64,000 bases of DNA, taken from NCBI GenBank assembly GCA_964016885.1, contig OZ024743.1, positions 366,730,001 to 366,794,000 of the forward strand. Reading direction: 5' to 3'. The notes beneath the pieces were generated by a model. It was given only the letters and a program-made list of their open reading frames with translations, was not told the origin of the DNA and did not search any database. Positions 1 through 16,180 of this stretch are shown piece by piece (positions within the stretch are counted from its first letter, which is position 1; each line of letters begins with the position of its first letter). Both the position numbers and the translations under genes were made by a program. The stretch comes from Eledone cirrhosa. Lineage: Eukaryota.

Positions 1-3000
1 CACTACTACTACCATTACTACAACTCCCACCATTACCACTACTACTACCATTACTACAACTTCCTCCATTACCACTACTACTACCATTACTACAACTTCC
101 TCCATTACCACTACTACTACCATTACTACAACTCCCACCATTACCACTACTACTACCATTACTACAACTTCCTCCATTACCACTACTACTACCATTGCCA
201 CTACTACTACCATTACTACAACTTCCTCCATTACCACTACTACTACCATTACTACAACTCCCACCATTACCACTACTACTACCATTACTACAACTTCCTC
301 CATTACCACTACTACTACCATTACCACTACTACTACCATTGCCACTACTACTACCATTACTACAACTCCCACCATTACCACTACTACTACCATTACTACA
401 ACTTCCTCCATTACCACTACTACTACCATTGCCACTACTACTACCATTGCCACTACTACTACCATTACTACAACTCCCACCATTACCACTACTACTACCA
501 TTACTACAACTTCCACCATTACCACTACTACTACCATTACTACAACTCCCACCGTTACCACTACTACTAGCATTACTACAACTACCACCGTTACCACTAC
601 TACTACCATTACTACAACTCCCACCATTACCACTACTACTACCATTACTACAACTTCCTCCATTACCACTACTACTACCATTACCACTACTACTACCATT
701 ACTACAACTACCACCATTACCACTACTACTACCATTACTACAACTTCCTCCATTACCACTACTACTACCATTACTACAACTCCCACCGTTACCACTACTA
801 CTACCATTACTACAACTCCCACTGTTACCACTACTACTACCATTACTACAACTTCCACCATTACCACTACTACCACCATTACTATAACTACCACCGTTAC
901 CACTACTACTACCATTACTACAACTTCCACCATTACCACTACTACTACCGTTACTACAACACCCACCATTACCACTACTACTACCATTACTACAACTTCC
1001 TCCATTACCACTACTACTACCATTACTACAACTTCCACCGTTACCACTACTACTACCATTACTACAACTTCCACCGTTACCACTACTACTACCATTACTA
1101 CAACTTCCTCCATTACCACTACTACTACCATTACTACAACTTCCACCGTTACCACTACTACTACCATTACTACAACTTCCTCCATTACCACTACTACTAC
1201 CGTTACTACAACTTCCTCCATTACCACTACTACTACCATTACTACAACTTCCACCATTACCACTACTACTACCATTACTACAACTCCCACCGTTACCACT
1301 ACTACTACCATTACTACAACTCCCACCATTACCATTACTACTACCATTACTACAACTCCCACCATTACCACTACTACTACCATTACTACAACTTCCACCG
1401 TTACCACTACTACTACCATTACTACAACTTCCACTACTACTACTACCGTTACCACTACTACTACCATTACTACAACTCCCACCGTTACCACTACTACTAC
1501 CATTACTACAACTCCCACCATTACCACTACTACTACCATTACTACAACTCCCACCATTACCACTACTACTACCACTACTACAACTTCCACCGTTACCACT
1601 ACTACTACCATTACTACAACTACCACCGTTACCACTACTACTACCATTACTACAACTTCCACCGTTACCACTACTACTACCATTACTACAACTTCCACCG
1701 TTACCACTACTACTACCATTACTACAACTCCGACCGTTACCACTGCTACTACCATTACTACAACTACCACCGTTACCACTACTACTACTACCATTACTAC
1801 AACTTCCACCATTGCCACTACTACTACCGTTACTACAACTTCCTCCATTACCACTACTACTACCATTACTACAACTTCCACCATTGCCACTACTACTACC
1901 ATTACTACAACTTCCACCGTTACCACTGCTACTACCATTACTACAACTTCCACCGTTACCACTACTACCACCGTTACCACTACTACTACCATTACTACAA
2001 CTTCCACCGTTACCACTGCTACTACCATTACTACAACTTCCACCGTTACCACTACTACTACCATTACTACAACTACCACCGTTACCACTACTACTACCAT
2101 TACTACAACTTCCACCGTTACCACTACTACTACCATTACTACTACTACTCCCATTACTACAACTTCCACCATTACCATTACTACTACCATTACCACTACT
2201 ACTACCATTACTACAACTTCCACCGTTACCACTACTACAACCATTACTACAACTTCCACTACTACTACTACCGTTACCACTACTACTACCATTACTACAA
2301 CTCCCACCGTTACCACTACTACTACCATTACTACAACTCCCACCATTACCACTACTACTACCATTACTACAACTCCGACCGTTACCACTACTACTACCAT
2401 TACTACAACTCCCACCGTTACCACTGCTACTACCATTACTATAACTCCCACCATTACCACTACTACTACCATTACTACAACTCCCACCGTTACCACTGCT
2501 ACTACCATTACTACAACTCCCACCATTACCACTGCTACTACCATTACTACAACTCCACCATTACCACTACTACTACCATTACTACAACTTCCACCATTAC
2601 CACTACTACTACCATTACTACAACTCCCACCATTACCACTGCTACTACCGTTACTACAACTCCGACCGTTACCACTACTACTACCATTACTACAACTCCC
2701 ACCGTTACCACTACTACTACCATTACTACAACTTCCACCATTACCACTACTACTCCCATTACTACAACTCCCACCATTACCACTACTACTACCATTACTA
2801 CAACTCCCACCGTTACCACTGCTACTACCATTACTACAACTCCCACCGTTACCACTACTACTACCATTACTACAACTCCCACCGTTACCACTACTACTAC
2901 CATTACTACAACTCCCACCATTACCACTACTACTACCATTACTACAACTTCCAACGTTACCACTACTACTACCATTACTACAACTCCGACCGTTACCACT

Positions 3001-6000
3001 ACTACTACCATTACTACAACTCCCACCGTTACCACTGCTACTACCATTACTACAACTCCCACCGTTACCACTACTACTACCATTACTACAACTCCCACCG
3101 TTACCACTACTACTAACATTACTACAACTCCCACCGTTACCACTACTACTACCATTACTACAACTACCACCGTTACCACTACTACTACCATTACTACAAC
3201 TACCACCGTTACCACTACTACTACCGTTACTACAACTCCCACCATTACCACTACTACTACCATTACTACAACTCCGACCGTTACCACTACTACTACCATT
3301 ACTACAACTACCACCGTTACCACTACTACTACCATTACTACAACTACCACCGTTACCACTACTACTACCATTACTACAACTTCCACCGTTACCACTACTA
3401 CTACCATTACTACAACTCCGACCGTTACCACTACTACTACCATTACTACAACTTCCACCATTGCCACTACTACTACCGTTACTACAACTTCCTCCATTAC
3501 CACTACTACTACCATTACTACAACTTCCACCGTTACCACTACTACTACCATTACTACAACTCCAACCATTACCACTACTACTACCATTACTACAACTCCA
3601 ACCATTACCACTACTACTACCATTACTACAACTTCCTCCATTACCACTACTACTACCATTACTACAACTCCAACCATTACCACTACTACTACCATTACTA
3701 CAACTTCCACCATTGCCACTACTACTACCGTTACTACAACTTCCTCCATTACCACTACTACTACCGTTACCACTACTACTACCATTACTACAACTCCAAC
3801 CATTACCACTACTACTACCATTACTACAACTTCCACCATTGCCACTACTACTACCGTTACTACAACTTCCTCCATTACCACTGCTACTACCATTACTACA
3901 ACTTCCACCGTTACCACTACTACTACCATTACTACAACTTCCACCATTGCCACTACTACTACCGTTACTACAACTTCCTCCATTACCACTACTACTACCA
4001 TTACTACAACTCCAACCATTACCACTACTACTACCATTACTACAACTTCCACCATTGCCACTACTACTACCGTTACTACAACTTCCTCCATTACCACTAC
4101 TACTACCATTACTACAACTTCCACCGTTACCACTACTACTACCATTACTACAACTCCAACCATTACCACTACTACTACCATTACTACAACTTCCACCATT
4201 GCCACTACTACTACCATTACTACAACTTCCACCGTTACCACTGCTACTACCATTACTACAACTTCCACCGTTACCACTACTACTACCATTACTACAACTA
4301 CCACCGTTACCACTACTACTACCATTACTACAACTTCCACCGTTACCACTGCTACTACCATTACTACAACTTCCACCGTTACCACTACTACTACCATTAC
4401 TACAACTACCACCGTTACCACTACTACTACCATTACTACAACTTCCACCGTTACCACTACTACTACCATTACTACTACTACTCCCATTACTACAACTTCC
4501 ACCGTTACCACTACTACTACCGTTACTACAACTTCCACCGTTACCACTACTACTACCATTACTACAACTCCCACCGTTACCACTACTACTACCGTTACTA
4601 CAACTCCCACCATTACCACTACTACTACCATTACTACAACTACCACCGTTACCACTACTACTACCATTACTACAACTCCCACCGTTACCACTACTACTAC
4701 CGTTACTACAACTCCCACCATTACCACTACTACTACCATTACTACAACTACCACCGTTACCACTACTACTACCATTACTACAACTTCCACCGTTACCACT
4801 ACTACTACCATTACTACAACTCCCACCGTTACCACTACTACTACCGTTACTACAACTCCCACCATTACCACTACTACTACCATTACTACAACTACCACCG
4901 TTACCACTACTACTACCATTACTACAACTCCCACCGTTACCACTACTACTACCGTTACTACAACTTCCACCGTTACCACTACTACTACCGTTACTACAAC
5001 TTCCACCGTTACCACTACTACTACCATTACTACAACTTCCACCATTACCACTACTACTACCATTACTACAACTTCCACCATTACCACTACTACTACCGTT
5101 ACTACAACTTCCACCGTTACCACTACTACTACCATTACTACAACTTCCACCGTTACCACTACTACTACCCTTACTACAACTTCCACCGTTACCACTACTA
5201 CTACCGTTACCACTACTACTACCATTACTACAACTTCCACCGTTACCACTACTACTACCATTACTACAACTTCCACCGTTACCACTACTACTACCATTAC
5301 TACAACTCCCACCATTACCACTACTACTACCGTTACTACAACTTCCACCGTTACCACTACTACTACCATTACTACAACTTCCACCGTTACCACTACTACT
5401 ACCGTTACCACTACTACTACCGTTACTACAACTTCCACCGTTACTACAACTCCCACCGTTACCACTACTACTACCATTACTACAACTTCCACCATTACCA
5501 CTACTACTACCATTACTACAACTCCCACCGTTACCACTGCTACTACCATTACTACAACTCCCACCGTTACCACTACTACTACCATTACTACAACTCCCAC
5601 CGTTACCACTGCTACTACCATTACTACAACTCCCACCGTTACCACTACTACTACCATTACTACAACTCCCACCGTTACCACTGCTACTACCATTACTACA
5701 ACTTCCACCGTTACCACTACTACTACCATTACTACAACTTCCACCATTGCCACTACTACTACCGTTACTACAACTTCCTCCATTACCACTACTACTACCA
5801 TTACTACAACTCCCACCGTTACCACTGCTACTACCATTACTACAACTCCCACCGTTACCACTGCTACTACCATTACTACAACTCCCACCGTTACCACTAC
5901 TACTACCATTACTACAACTCCCACCGTTACCACTACTACTACCATTACTACAACTCCCACCGTTACCACTGCTACTACCATTACTACAACTTCCACCGTT

Positions 6001-9000
6001 ACCACTACTACTACCATTACTACAACTTCCACCATTGCCACTACTACTACCATTACTACAACTCCCACCGTTACCACTACTACTACCATTACTACAACTC
6101 CCACCGTTACCACTGCTACTACCATTACTACAACTTCCACCGTTACCACTACTACTACCATTACTACAACTTCCACCATTACCACTACTACTACCATTAC
6201 TACAACTCCCACCGTTACCACTGCTACTACCATTACTACAACTCCAACCATTACCACTACTACTACCATTACTACAACTTCCACCATTGCCACTACTACT
6301 ACCATTACTACAACTTCCACCATTACCACTACTACTACCATTACTACAACTCCCACCGTTACCACTGCTACTACCATTACTACAACTCCCACCGTTACCA
6401 CTGCTACTACCATTACTACAACTCCCACCGTTACCACTGCTACTACCATTACTACAACTTCCACCATTGCCACTACTACTACCGTTACTACAACTTCCTC
6501 CATTACCACTACTACTACCATTACTACAACTCCAACCATTACCACTACTACTACCATTACTACAACTTCCACCATTGCCACTACTACTACCATTACTACA
6601 ACTTCCACCATTACCACTACTACTACCATTACTACAACTCCCACCGTTACCACTGCTACTACCATTACTACAACTCCCACCGTTACCACTGCTACTACCA
6701 TTACTACAACTTCCACCGTTACCACTACTACTACCATTACTACAACTTCCACCATTGCCACTACTACTACCGTTACTACAACTTCCTCCATTACCACTAC
6801 TACTACCATTACTACAACTCCAACCATTACCACTACTACTACCATTACTACAACTTCCACCATTGCCACTACTACTACCGTTACTACAACTTCCTCCATT
6901 ACCACTACTACTACCATTACTACAACTTCCACCGTTACCACTACTACTACCATTACTACAACTCCAACCATTACCACTACTACTACCATTACTACAACTC
7001 CAACCATTACCACTACTACTACCATTACTACAACTTCCTCCATTACCACTACTACTACCATTACTACAACTCCAACCATTACCACTACTACTACCATTAC
7101 TACAACTTCCACCATTGCCACTACTACTACCGTTACTACAACTTCCTCCATTACCACTACTACTACCGTTACCACTACTACTACCATTACTACAACTCCA
7201 ACCATTACCACTACTACTACCATTACTACAACTTCCACCATTGCCACTACTACTACCGTTACTACAACTTCCTCCATTACCACTGCTACTACCATTACTA
7301 CAACTTCCACCGTTACCACTACTACTACCACTACTACTACCATTACTACAACTCCCACCGTTACCACTACTACTACCATTACTACAACTTCCACCGTTAC
7401 CACTACTACTACCATTACTACAACTCCCACCGTTACCACTACTACTACCATTACTACAACTTCCACCGTTACCACTACTACTACCATTACTACAACTCCC
7501 ACCATTACCACTACTACTACCGTTACTACAACTTCCTCCATGACCACTACACTACTACCATTACTACAACTTCCTCCATTACCACTACTACTACCATTAC
7601 TACAACTCCCACCGTTACCACTACTACTACCATTACTACAACTCCCACCATTACCACTACTACTACCATTACTACAATTCCTCCATTACCACTACTACTA
7701 CCATTACTACAACTCCCACCATTACCAACTACTACTACCATTACTACAACTTCCTCCATTACCACTACTACTACCATTACTACAACTTCCTCCATTACCA
7801 CTACTACTACCATTACTACAACTACCACCATTACCACTACTACTACCATTACTACAACTACCACCATTACCACTACTACTACCATTACTACAACTCCCAC
7901 CATTACCACTACTACTACCATTACTACAACTTCCTCCATTACCACTACTACTACCATTACTACAACTTCCTCCATTACCACTACTACTACCATTACTACA
8001 ACTACCACCATTACCACTACTACTACCATTACTACAACTTCCTCCATTACCACTACTACTACCATTACTACAACTCCCACCGTTACCACTACTACTACCA
8101 TTACTACAACTCCCACCATTACCACTACTACTACCATTACTACAACTTCCTCCATTACCACTACTACTACCATTACTACAACTCCCACCATTACCACTAC
8201 TACTACCATTACTACAACTTCCTCCATTACCACTACTACTACCATTACTACAACTCCCACCGTTACCACTACTACTACCATTACTACAACTCCCACCATT
8301 ACCACTACTACTACCATTACTACAACTTCCTCCATGACCACTACTACTACCATTACTACAACTTCCTCCATTACCACTACTACTACCATTACTACAACTC
8401 CCACCGTTACCACTACTACTACCATTACTACAACTCCCACCATTACCACTACTACTACCATTACTACAATTCCTCCATTACCACTACTACTACCATTACT
8501 ACAACTCCCACCATTACCACTACTACTACCATTACTACAACTTCCTCCATTACCACTACTACTACCATTACTACAACTTCCTCCATTACCACTACTACTA
8601 CCATTACTACAACTACCACCATTACCACTACTACTACCATTACTACAACTACCACCATTACCACTACTACTACCATTACTACAACTTCCTCCATTACCAC
8701 TACTACTACCATTACTACAACTTCCTCCATTACCACTACTACTACCATTACTACAACTCCCACCATTACCACTACTACTACCATTACTACAACTTCCTCC
8801 ATTACCACTACTACTACCATTACTACAACTTCCTCCATTACCACTACTACTACCATTACTACAACTCCCCACCGTTACCACTACTACTACCATTACTACA
8901 ACTCCCACCATTACCACTACTACTACCATTACTACAACTTCCTCCATTACCACTACTACTACCATTACTACAACTTCCTCCATTACCACTACTACTACCA

Positions 9001-12000
9001 TTACTACAACTCCCACCATTACCACTACTACTACCATTACTACAACTCCTCCATTACCACTACTACTCCATTGCCACTACTACTACCATTACTACAACTT
9101 CCTCCATTACCACTACTACTACCATTACTACAACTCCCACCATTACCACTACTACTACCATTACTACAACTTCCTCCATTACCACTACTACTACCATTAC
9201 CACTACTACTACCATTGCCACTACTACTACCATTACTACAACTCCACCATTACCACTACTACTACCATTACTACAACTTCCTCCAATTACCACTACTACT
9301 ACCATTGCCACTACTACTACCATTGCCACTACTACTACCATTACTACAACTCCCACCATTACCACTACTACTACCATTACTACAACTTCCACCATTACCA
9401 CTACTACTACCATTACTACAACTCCCACCGTTACCACTACTACTAGCATTACTACAACTACCACCGTTACCACTACTACTACCATTACTACAACTCCCAC
9501 CATTACCACTACTACTACCATTACTACAACTTCCTCCATTACCACTACTACTACCATTACCACTACTACTACCATTACTACAACTACCACCATTACCACT
9601 ACTACTACCATTACTACAACTTCCTCCATTACCACTACTACTACCATTACTACAACTCCCACCGTTACCACTACTACTACCATTACTACAACTCCCACTG
9701 TTACCACTACTACTACCATTACTACAACTTCCACCATTACCACTACTACCACCATTACTATAACTACCACCGTTACCACTACTACTACCATTACTACAAC
9801 TTCCACCATTACCACTACTACTACCGTTACTACAACACCCACCATTACCACTACTACTACCATTACTACAACTTCCTCCATTACCACTACTACTACCATT
9901 ACTACAACTTCCACCGTTACCACTACTACTACCATTACTACAACTTCCACCGTTACCACTACTACTACCATTACTACAACTTCCTCCATTACCACTACTA
10001 CTACCATTACTACAACTTCCACCGTTACCACTACTACTACCATTACTACAACTTCCTCCATTACCACTACTACTACCGTTACTACAACTTCCTCCATTAC
10101 CACTACTACTACCATTACTACAACTTCCACCATTACCACTACTACTACCATTACTACAACTCCCACCGTTACCACTACTACTACCATTACTACAACTCCC
10201 ACCATTACCATTACTACTACCATTACTACAACTCCCACCATTACCACTACTACTACCATTACTACAACTTCCACCGTTACCACTACTACTACCATTACTA
10301 CAACTTCCACTACTACTACTACCGTTACCACTACTACTACCATTACTACAACTCCCACCGTTACCACTACTACTACCATTACTACAACTCCCACCATTAC
10401 CACTACTACTACCATTACTACAACTCCCACCATTACCACTACTACTACCACTACTACAACTTCCACCGTTACCACTACTACTACCATTACTACAACTACC
10501 ACCGTTACCACTACTACTACCATTACTACAACTTCCACCGTTACCACTACTACTACCATTACTACAACTTCCACCGTTACCACTACTACTACCATTACTA
10601 CAACTCCGACCGTTACCACTGCTACTACCATTACTACAACTACCACCGTTACCACTACTACTACTACCATTACTACAACTTCCACCATTGCCACTACTAC
10701 TACCGTTACTACAACTTCCTCCATTACCACTACTACTACCATTACTACAACTTCCACCATTGCCACTACTACTACCATTACTACAACTTCCACCGTTACC
10801 ACTGCTACTACCATTACTACAACTTCCACCGTTACCACTACTACCACCGTTACCACTACTACTACCATTACTACAACTTCCACCGTTACCACTGCTACTA
10901 CCATTACTACAACTTCCACCGTTACCACTACTACTACCATTACTACAACTACCACCGTTACCACTACTACTACCATTACTACAACTTCCACCGTTACCAC
11001 TACTACTACCATTACTACTACTACTCCCATTACTACAACTTCCACCATTACCATTACTACTACCATTACCACTACTACTACCATTACTACAACTTCCACC
11101 GTTACCACTACTACAACCATTACTACAACTTCCACTACTACTACTACCGTTACCACTACTACTACCATTACTACAACTCCCACCGTTACCACTACTACTA
11201 CCATTACTACAACTCCCACCATTACCACTACTACTACCATTACTACAACTCCGACCGTTACCACTACTACTACCATTACTACAACTCCCACCGTTACCAC
11301 TGCTACTACCATTACTATAACTCCCACCATTACCACTACTACTACCATTACTACAACTCCCACCGTTACCACTGCTACTACCATTACTACAACTCCCACC
11401 ATTACCACTGCTACTACCATTACTACAACTCCACCATTACCACTACTACTACCATTACTACAACTTCCACCATTACCACTACTACTACCATTACTACAAC
11501 TCCCACCATTACCACTGCTACTACCGTTACTACAACTCCGACCGTTACCACTACTACTACCATTACTACAACTCCCACCGTTACCACTACTACTACCATT
11601 ACTACAACTTCCACCATTACCACTACTACTCCCATTACTACAACTCCCACCATTACCACTACTACTACCATTACTACAACTCCCACCGTTACCACTGCTA
11701 CTACCATTACTACAACTCCCACCGTTACCACTACTACTACCATTACTACAACTCCCACCGTTACCACTACTACTACCATTACTACAACTCCCACCATTAC
11801 CACTACTACTACCATTACTACAACTTCCAACGTTACCACTACTACTACCATTACTACAACTCCGACCGTTACCACTACTACTACCATTACTACAACTCCC
11901 ACCGTTACCACTGCTACTACCATTACTACAACTCCCACCGTTACCACTACTACTACCATTACTACAACTCCCACCGTTACCACTACTACTAACATTACTA

Positions 12001-15000
12001 CAACTCCCACCGTTACCACTACTACTACCATTACTACAACTACCACCGTTACCACTACTACTACCATTACTACAACTACCACCGTTACCACTACTACTAC
12101 CGTTACTACAACTCCCACCATTACCACTACTACTACCATTACTACAACTCCGACCGTTACCACTACTACTACCATTACTACAACTACCACCGTTACCACT
12201 ACTACTACCATTACTACAACTACCACCGTTACCACTACTACTACCATTACTACAACTTCCACCGTTACCACTACTACTACCATTACTACAACTCCGACCG
12301 TTACCACTACTACTACCATTACTACAACTTCCACCATTGCCACTACTACTACCGTTACTACAACTTCCTCCATTACCACTACTACTACCATTACTACAAC
12401 TTCCACCGTTACCACTACTACTACCATTACTACAACTCCAACCATTACCACTACTACTACCATTACTACAACTCCAACCATTACCACTACTACTACCATT
12501 ACTACAACTTCCTCCATTACCACTACTACTACCATTACTACAACTCCAACCATTACCACTACTACTACCATTACTACAACTTCCACCATTGCCACTACTA
12601 CTACCGTTACTACAACTTCCTCCATTACCACTACTACTACCGTTACCACTACTACTACCATTACTACAACTCCAACCATTACCACTACTACTACCATTAC
12701 TACAACTTCCACCATTGCCACTACTACTACCGTTACTACAACTTCCTCCATTACCACTGCTACTACCATTACTACAACTTCCACCGTTACCACTACTACT
12801 ACCATTACTACAACTTCCACCATTGCCACTACTACTACCGTTACTACAACTTCCTCCATTACCACTACTACTACCATTACTACAACTCCAACCATTACCA
12901 CTACTACTACCATTACTACAACTTCCACCATTGCCACTACTACTACCGTTACTACAACTTCCTCCATTACCACTACTACTACCATTACTACAACTTCCAC
13001 CGTTACCACTACTACTACCATTACTACAACTCCAACCATTACCACTACTACTACCATTACTACAACTTCCACCATTGCCACTACTACTACCATTACTACA
13101 ACTTCCACCGTTACCACTGCTACTACCATTACTACAACTTCCACCGTTACCACTACTACTACCATTACTACAACTACCACCGTTACCACTACTACTACCA
13201 TTACTACAACTTCCACCGTTACCACTGCTACTACCATTACTACAACTTCCACCGTTACCACTACTACTACCATTACTACAACTACCACCGTTACCACTAC
13301 TACTACCATTACTACAACTTCCACCGTTACCACTACTACTACCATTACTACTACTACTCCCATTACTACAACTTCCACCGTTACCACTACTACTACCGTT
13401 ACTACAACTTCCACCGTTACCACTACTACTACCATTACTACAACTCCCACCGTTACCACTACTACTACCGTTACTACAACTCCCACCATTACCACTACTA
13501 CTACCATTACTACAACTACCACCGTTACCACTACTACTACCATTACTACAACTCCCACCGTTACCACTACTACTACCGTTACTACAACTCCCACCATTAC
13601 CACTACTACTACCATTACTACAACTACCACCGTTACCACTACTACTACCATTACTACAACTTCCACCGTTACCACTACTACTACCATTACTACAACTCCC
13701 ACCGTTACCACTACTACTACCGTTACTACAACTCCCACCATTACCACTACTACTACCATTACTACAACTACCACCGTTACCACTACTACTACCATTACTA
13801 CAACTCCCACCGTTACCACTACTACTACCGTTACTACAACTTCCACCGTTACCACTACTACTACCGTTACTACAACTTCCACCGTTACCACTACTACTAC
13901 CATTACTACAACTTCCACCATTACCACTACTACTACCATTACTACAACTTCCACCATTACCACTACTACTACCGTTACTACAACTTCCACCGTTACCACT
14001 ACTACTACCATTACTACAACTTCCACCGTTACCACTACTACTACCCTTACTACAACTTCCACCGTTACCACTACTACTACCGTTACCACTACTACTACCA
14101 TTACTACAACTTCCACCGTTACCACTACTACTACCATTACTACAACTTCCACCGTTACCACTACTACTACCATTACTACAACTCCCACCATTACCACTAC
14201 TACTACCGTTACTACAACTTCCACCGTTACCACTACTACTACCATTACTACAACTTCCACCGTTACCACTACTACTACCGTTACCACTACTACTACCGTT
14301 ACTACAACTTCCACCGTTACTACAACTCCCACCGTTACCACTACTACTACCATTACTACAACTTCCACCATTACCACTACTACTACCATTACTACAACTC
14401 CCACCGTTACCACTGCTACTACCATTACTACAACTCCCACCGTTACCACTACTACTACCATTACTACAACTCCCACCGTTACCACTGCTACTACCATTAC
14501 TACAACTCCCACCGTTACCACTACTACTACCATTACTACAACTCCCACCGTTACCACTGCTACTACCATTACTACAACTTCCACCGTTACCACTACTACT
14601 ACCATTACTACAACTTCCACCATTGCCACTACTACTACCGTTACTACAACTTCCTCCATTACCACTACTACTACCATTACTACAACTCCCACCGTTACCA
14701 CTGCTACTACCATTACTACAACTCCCACCGTTACCACTGCTACTACCATTACTACAACTCCCACCGTTACCACTACTACTACCATTACTACAACTCCCAC
14801 CGTTACCACTACTACTACCATTACTACAACTCCCACCGTTACCACTGCTACTACCATTACTACAACTTCCACCGTTACCACTACTACTACCATTACTACA
14901 ACTTCCACCATTGCCACTACTACTACCATTACTACAACTCCCACCGTTACCACTACTACTACCATTACTACAACTCCCACCGTTACCACTGCTACTACCA

Positions 15001-16180
15001 TTACTACAACTTCCACCGTTACCACTACTACTACCATTACTACAACTTCCACCATTACCACTACTACTACCATGACTACAACTCCCACCGTTACCACTGC
15101 TACTACCATTACTACAACTCCAACCATTACCACTACTACTACCATTACTACAACTTCCACCATTGCCACTACTACTACCATTACTACAACTTCCACCATT
15201 ACCACTACTACTACCATTACTACAACTCCCACCGTTACCACTGCTACTACCATTACTACAACTCCCACCGTTACCACTGCTACTACCATTACTACAACTC
15301 CCACCGTTACCACTGCTACTACCATTACTACAACTTCCACCATTGCCACTACTACTACCGTTACTACAACTTCCTCCATTACCACTACTACTACCATTAC
15401 TACAACTCCAACCATTACCACTACTACTACCATTACTACAACTTCCACCATTGCCACTACTACTACCATTACTACAACTTCCACCATTACCACTACTACT
15501 ACCATTACTACAACTCCCACCGTTACCACTGCTACTACCATTACTACAACTCCCACCGTTACCACTGCTACTACCATTACTACAACTTCCACCGTTACCA
15601 CTACTACTACCATTACTACAACTTCCACCATTGCCACTACTACTACCGTTACTACAACTTCCTCCATTACCACTACTACTACCATTACTACAACTCCAAC
15701 CATTACCACTACTACTACCATTACTACAACTTCCACCATTGCCACTACTACTACCGTTACTACAACTTCCTCCATTACCACTACTACTACCATTACTACA
15801 ACTTCCACCGTTACCACTACTACTACCATTACTACAACTCCAACCATTACCACTACTACTACCATTACTACAACTCCAACCATTACCACTACTACTACCA
15901 TTACTACAACTTCCTCCATTACCACTACTACTACCATTACTACAACTCCAACCATTACCACTACTACTACCATTACTACAACTTCCACCATTGCCACTAC
16001 TACTACCGTTACTACAACTTCCTCCATTACCACTACTACTACCGTTACCACTACTACTACCATTACTACAACTCCAACCATTACCACTACTACTACCATT
16101 ACTACAACTTCCACCATTGCCACTACTACTACCGTTACTACAACTTCCTCCATTACCACTGCTACTACCATTACTACAAC
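1..16180. repeat. 8,876-bp higher-order duplication within the array (about 1-7300 repeated at about 8877-16180)
   Basis: Rare variants recur at a constant 8,876 offset: ORF starts 195/9071, 1812/10688, 3461/12337; CTT variant 5170/14046; 1-nt deletion near 2553/11430. Confidence 0.85.
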
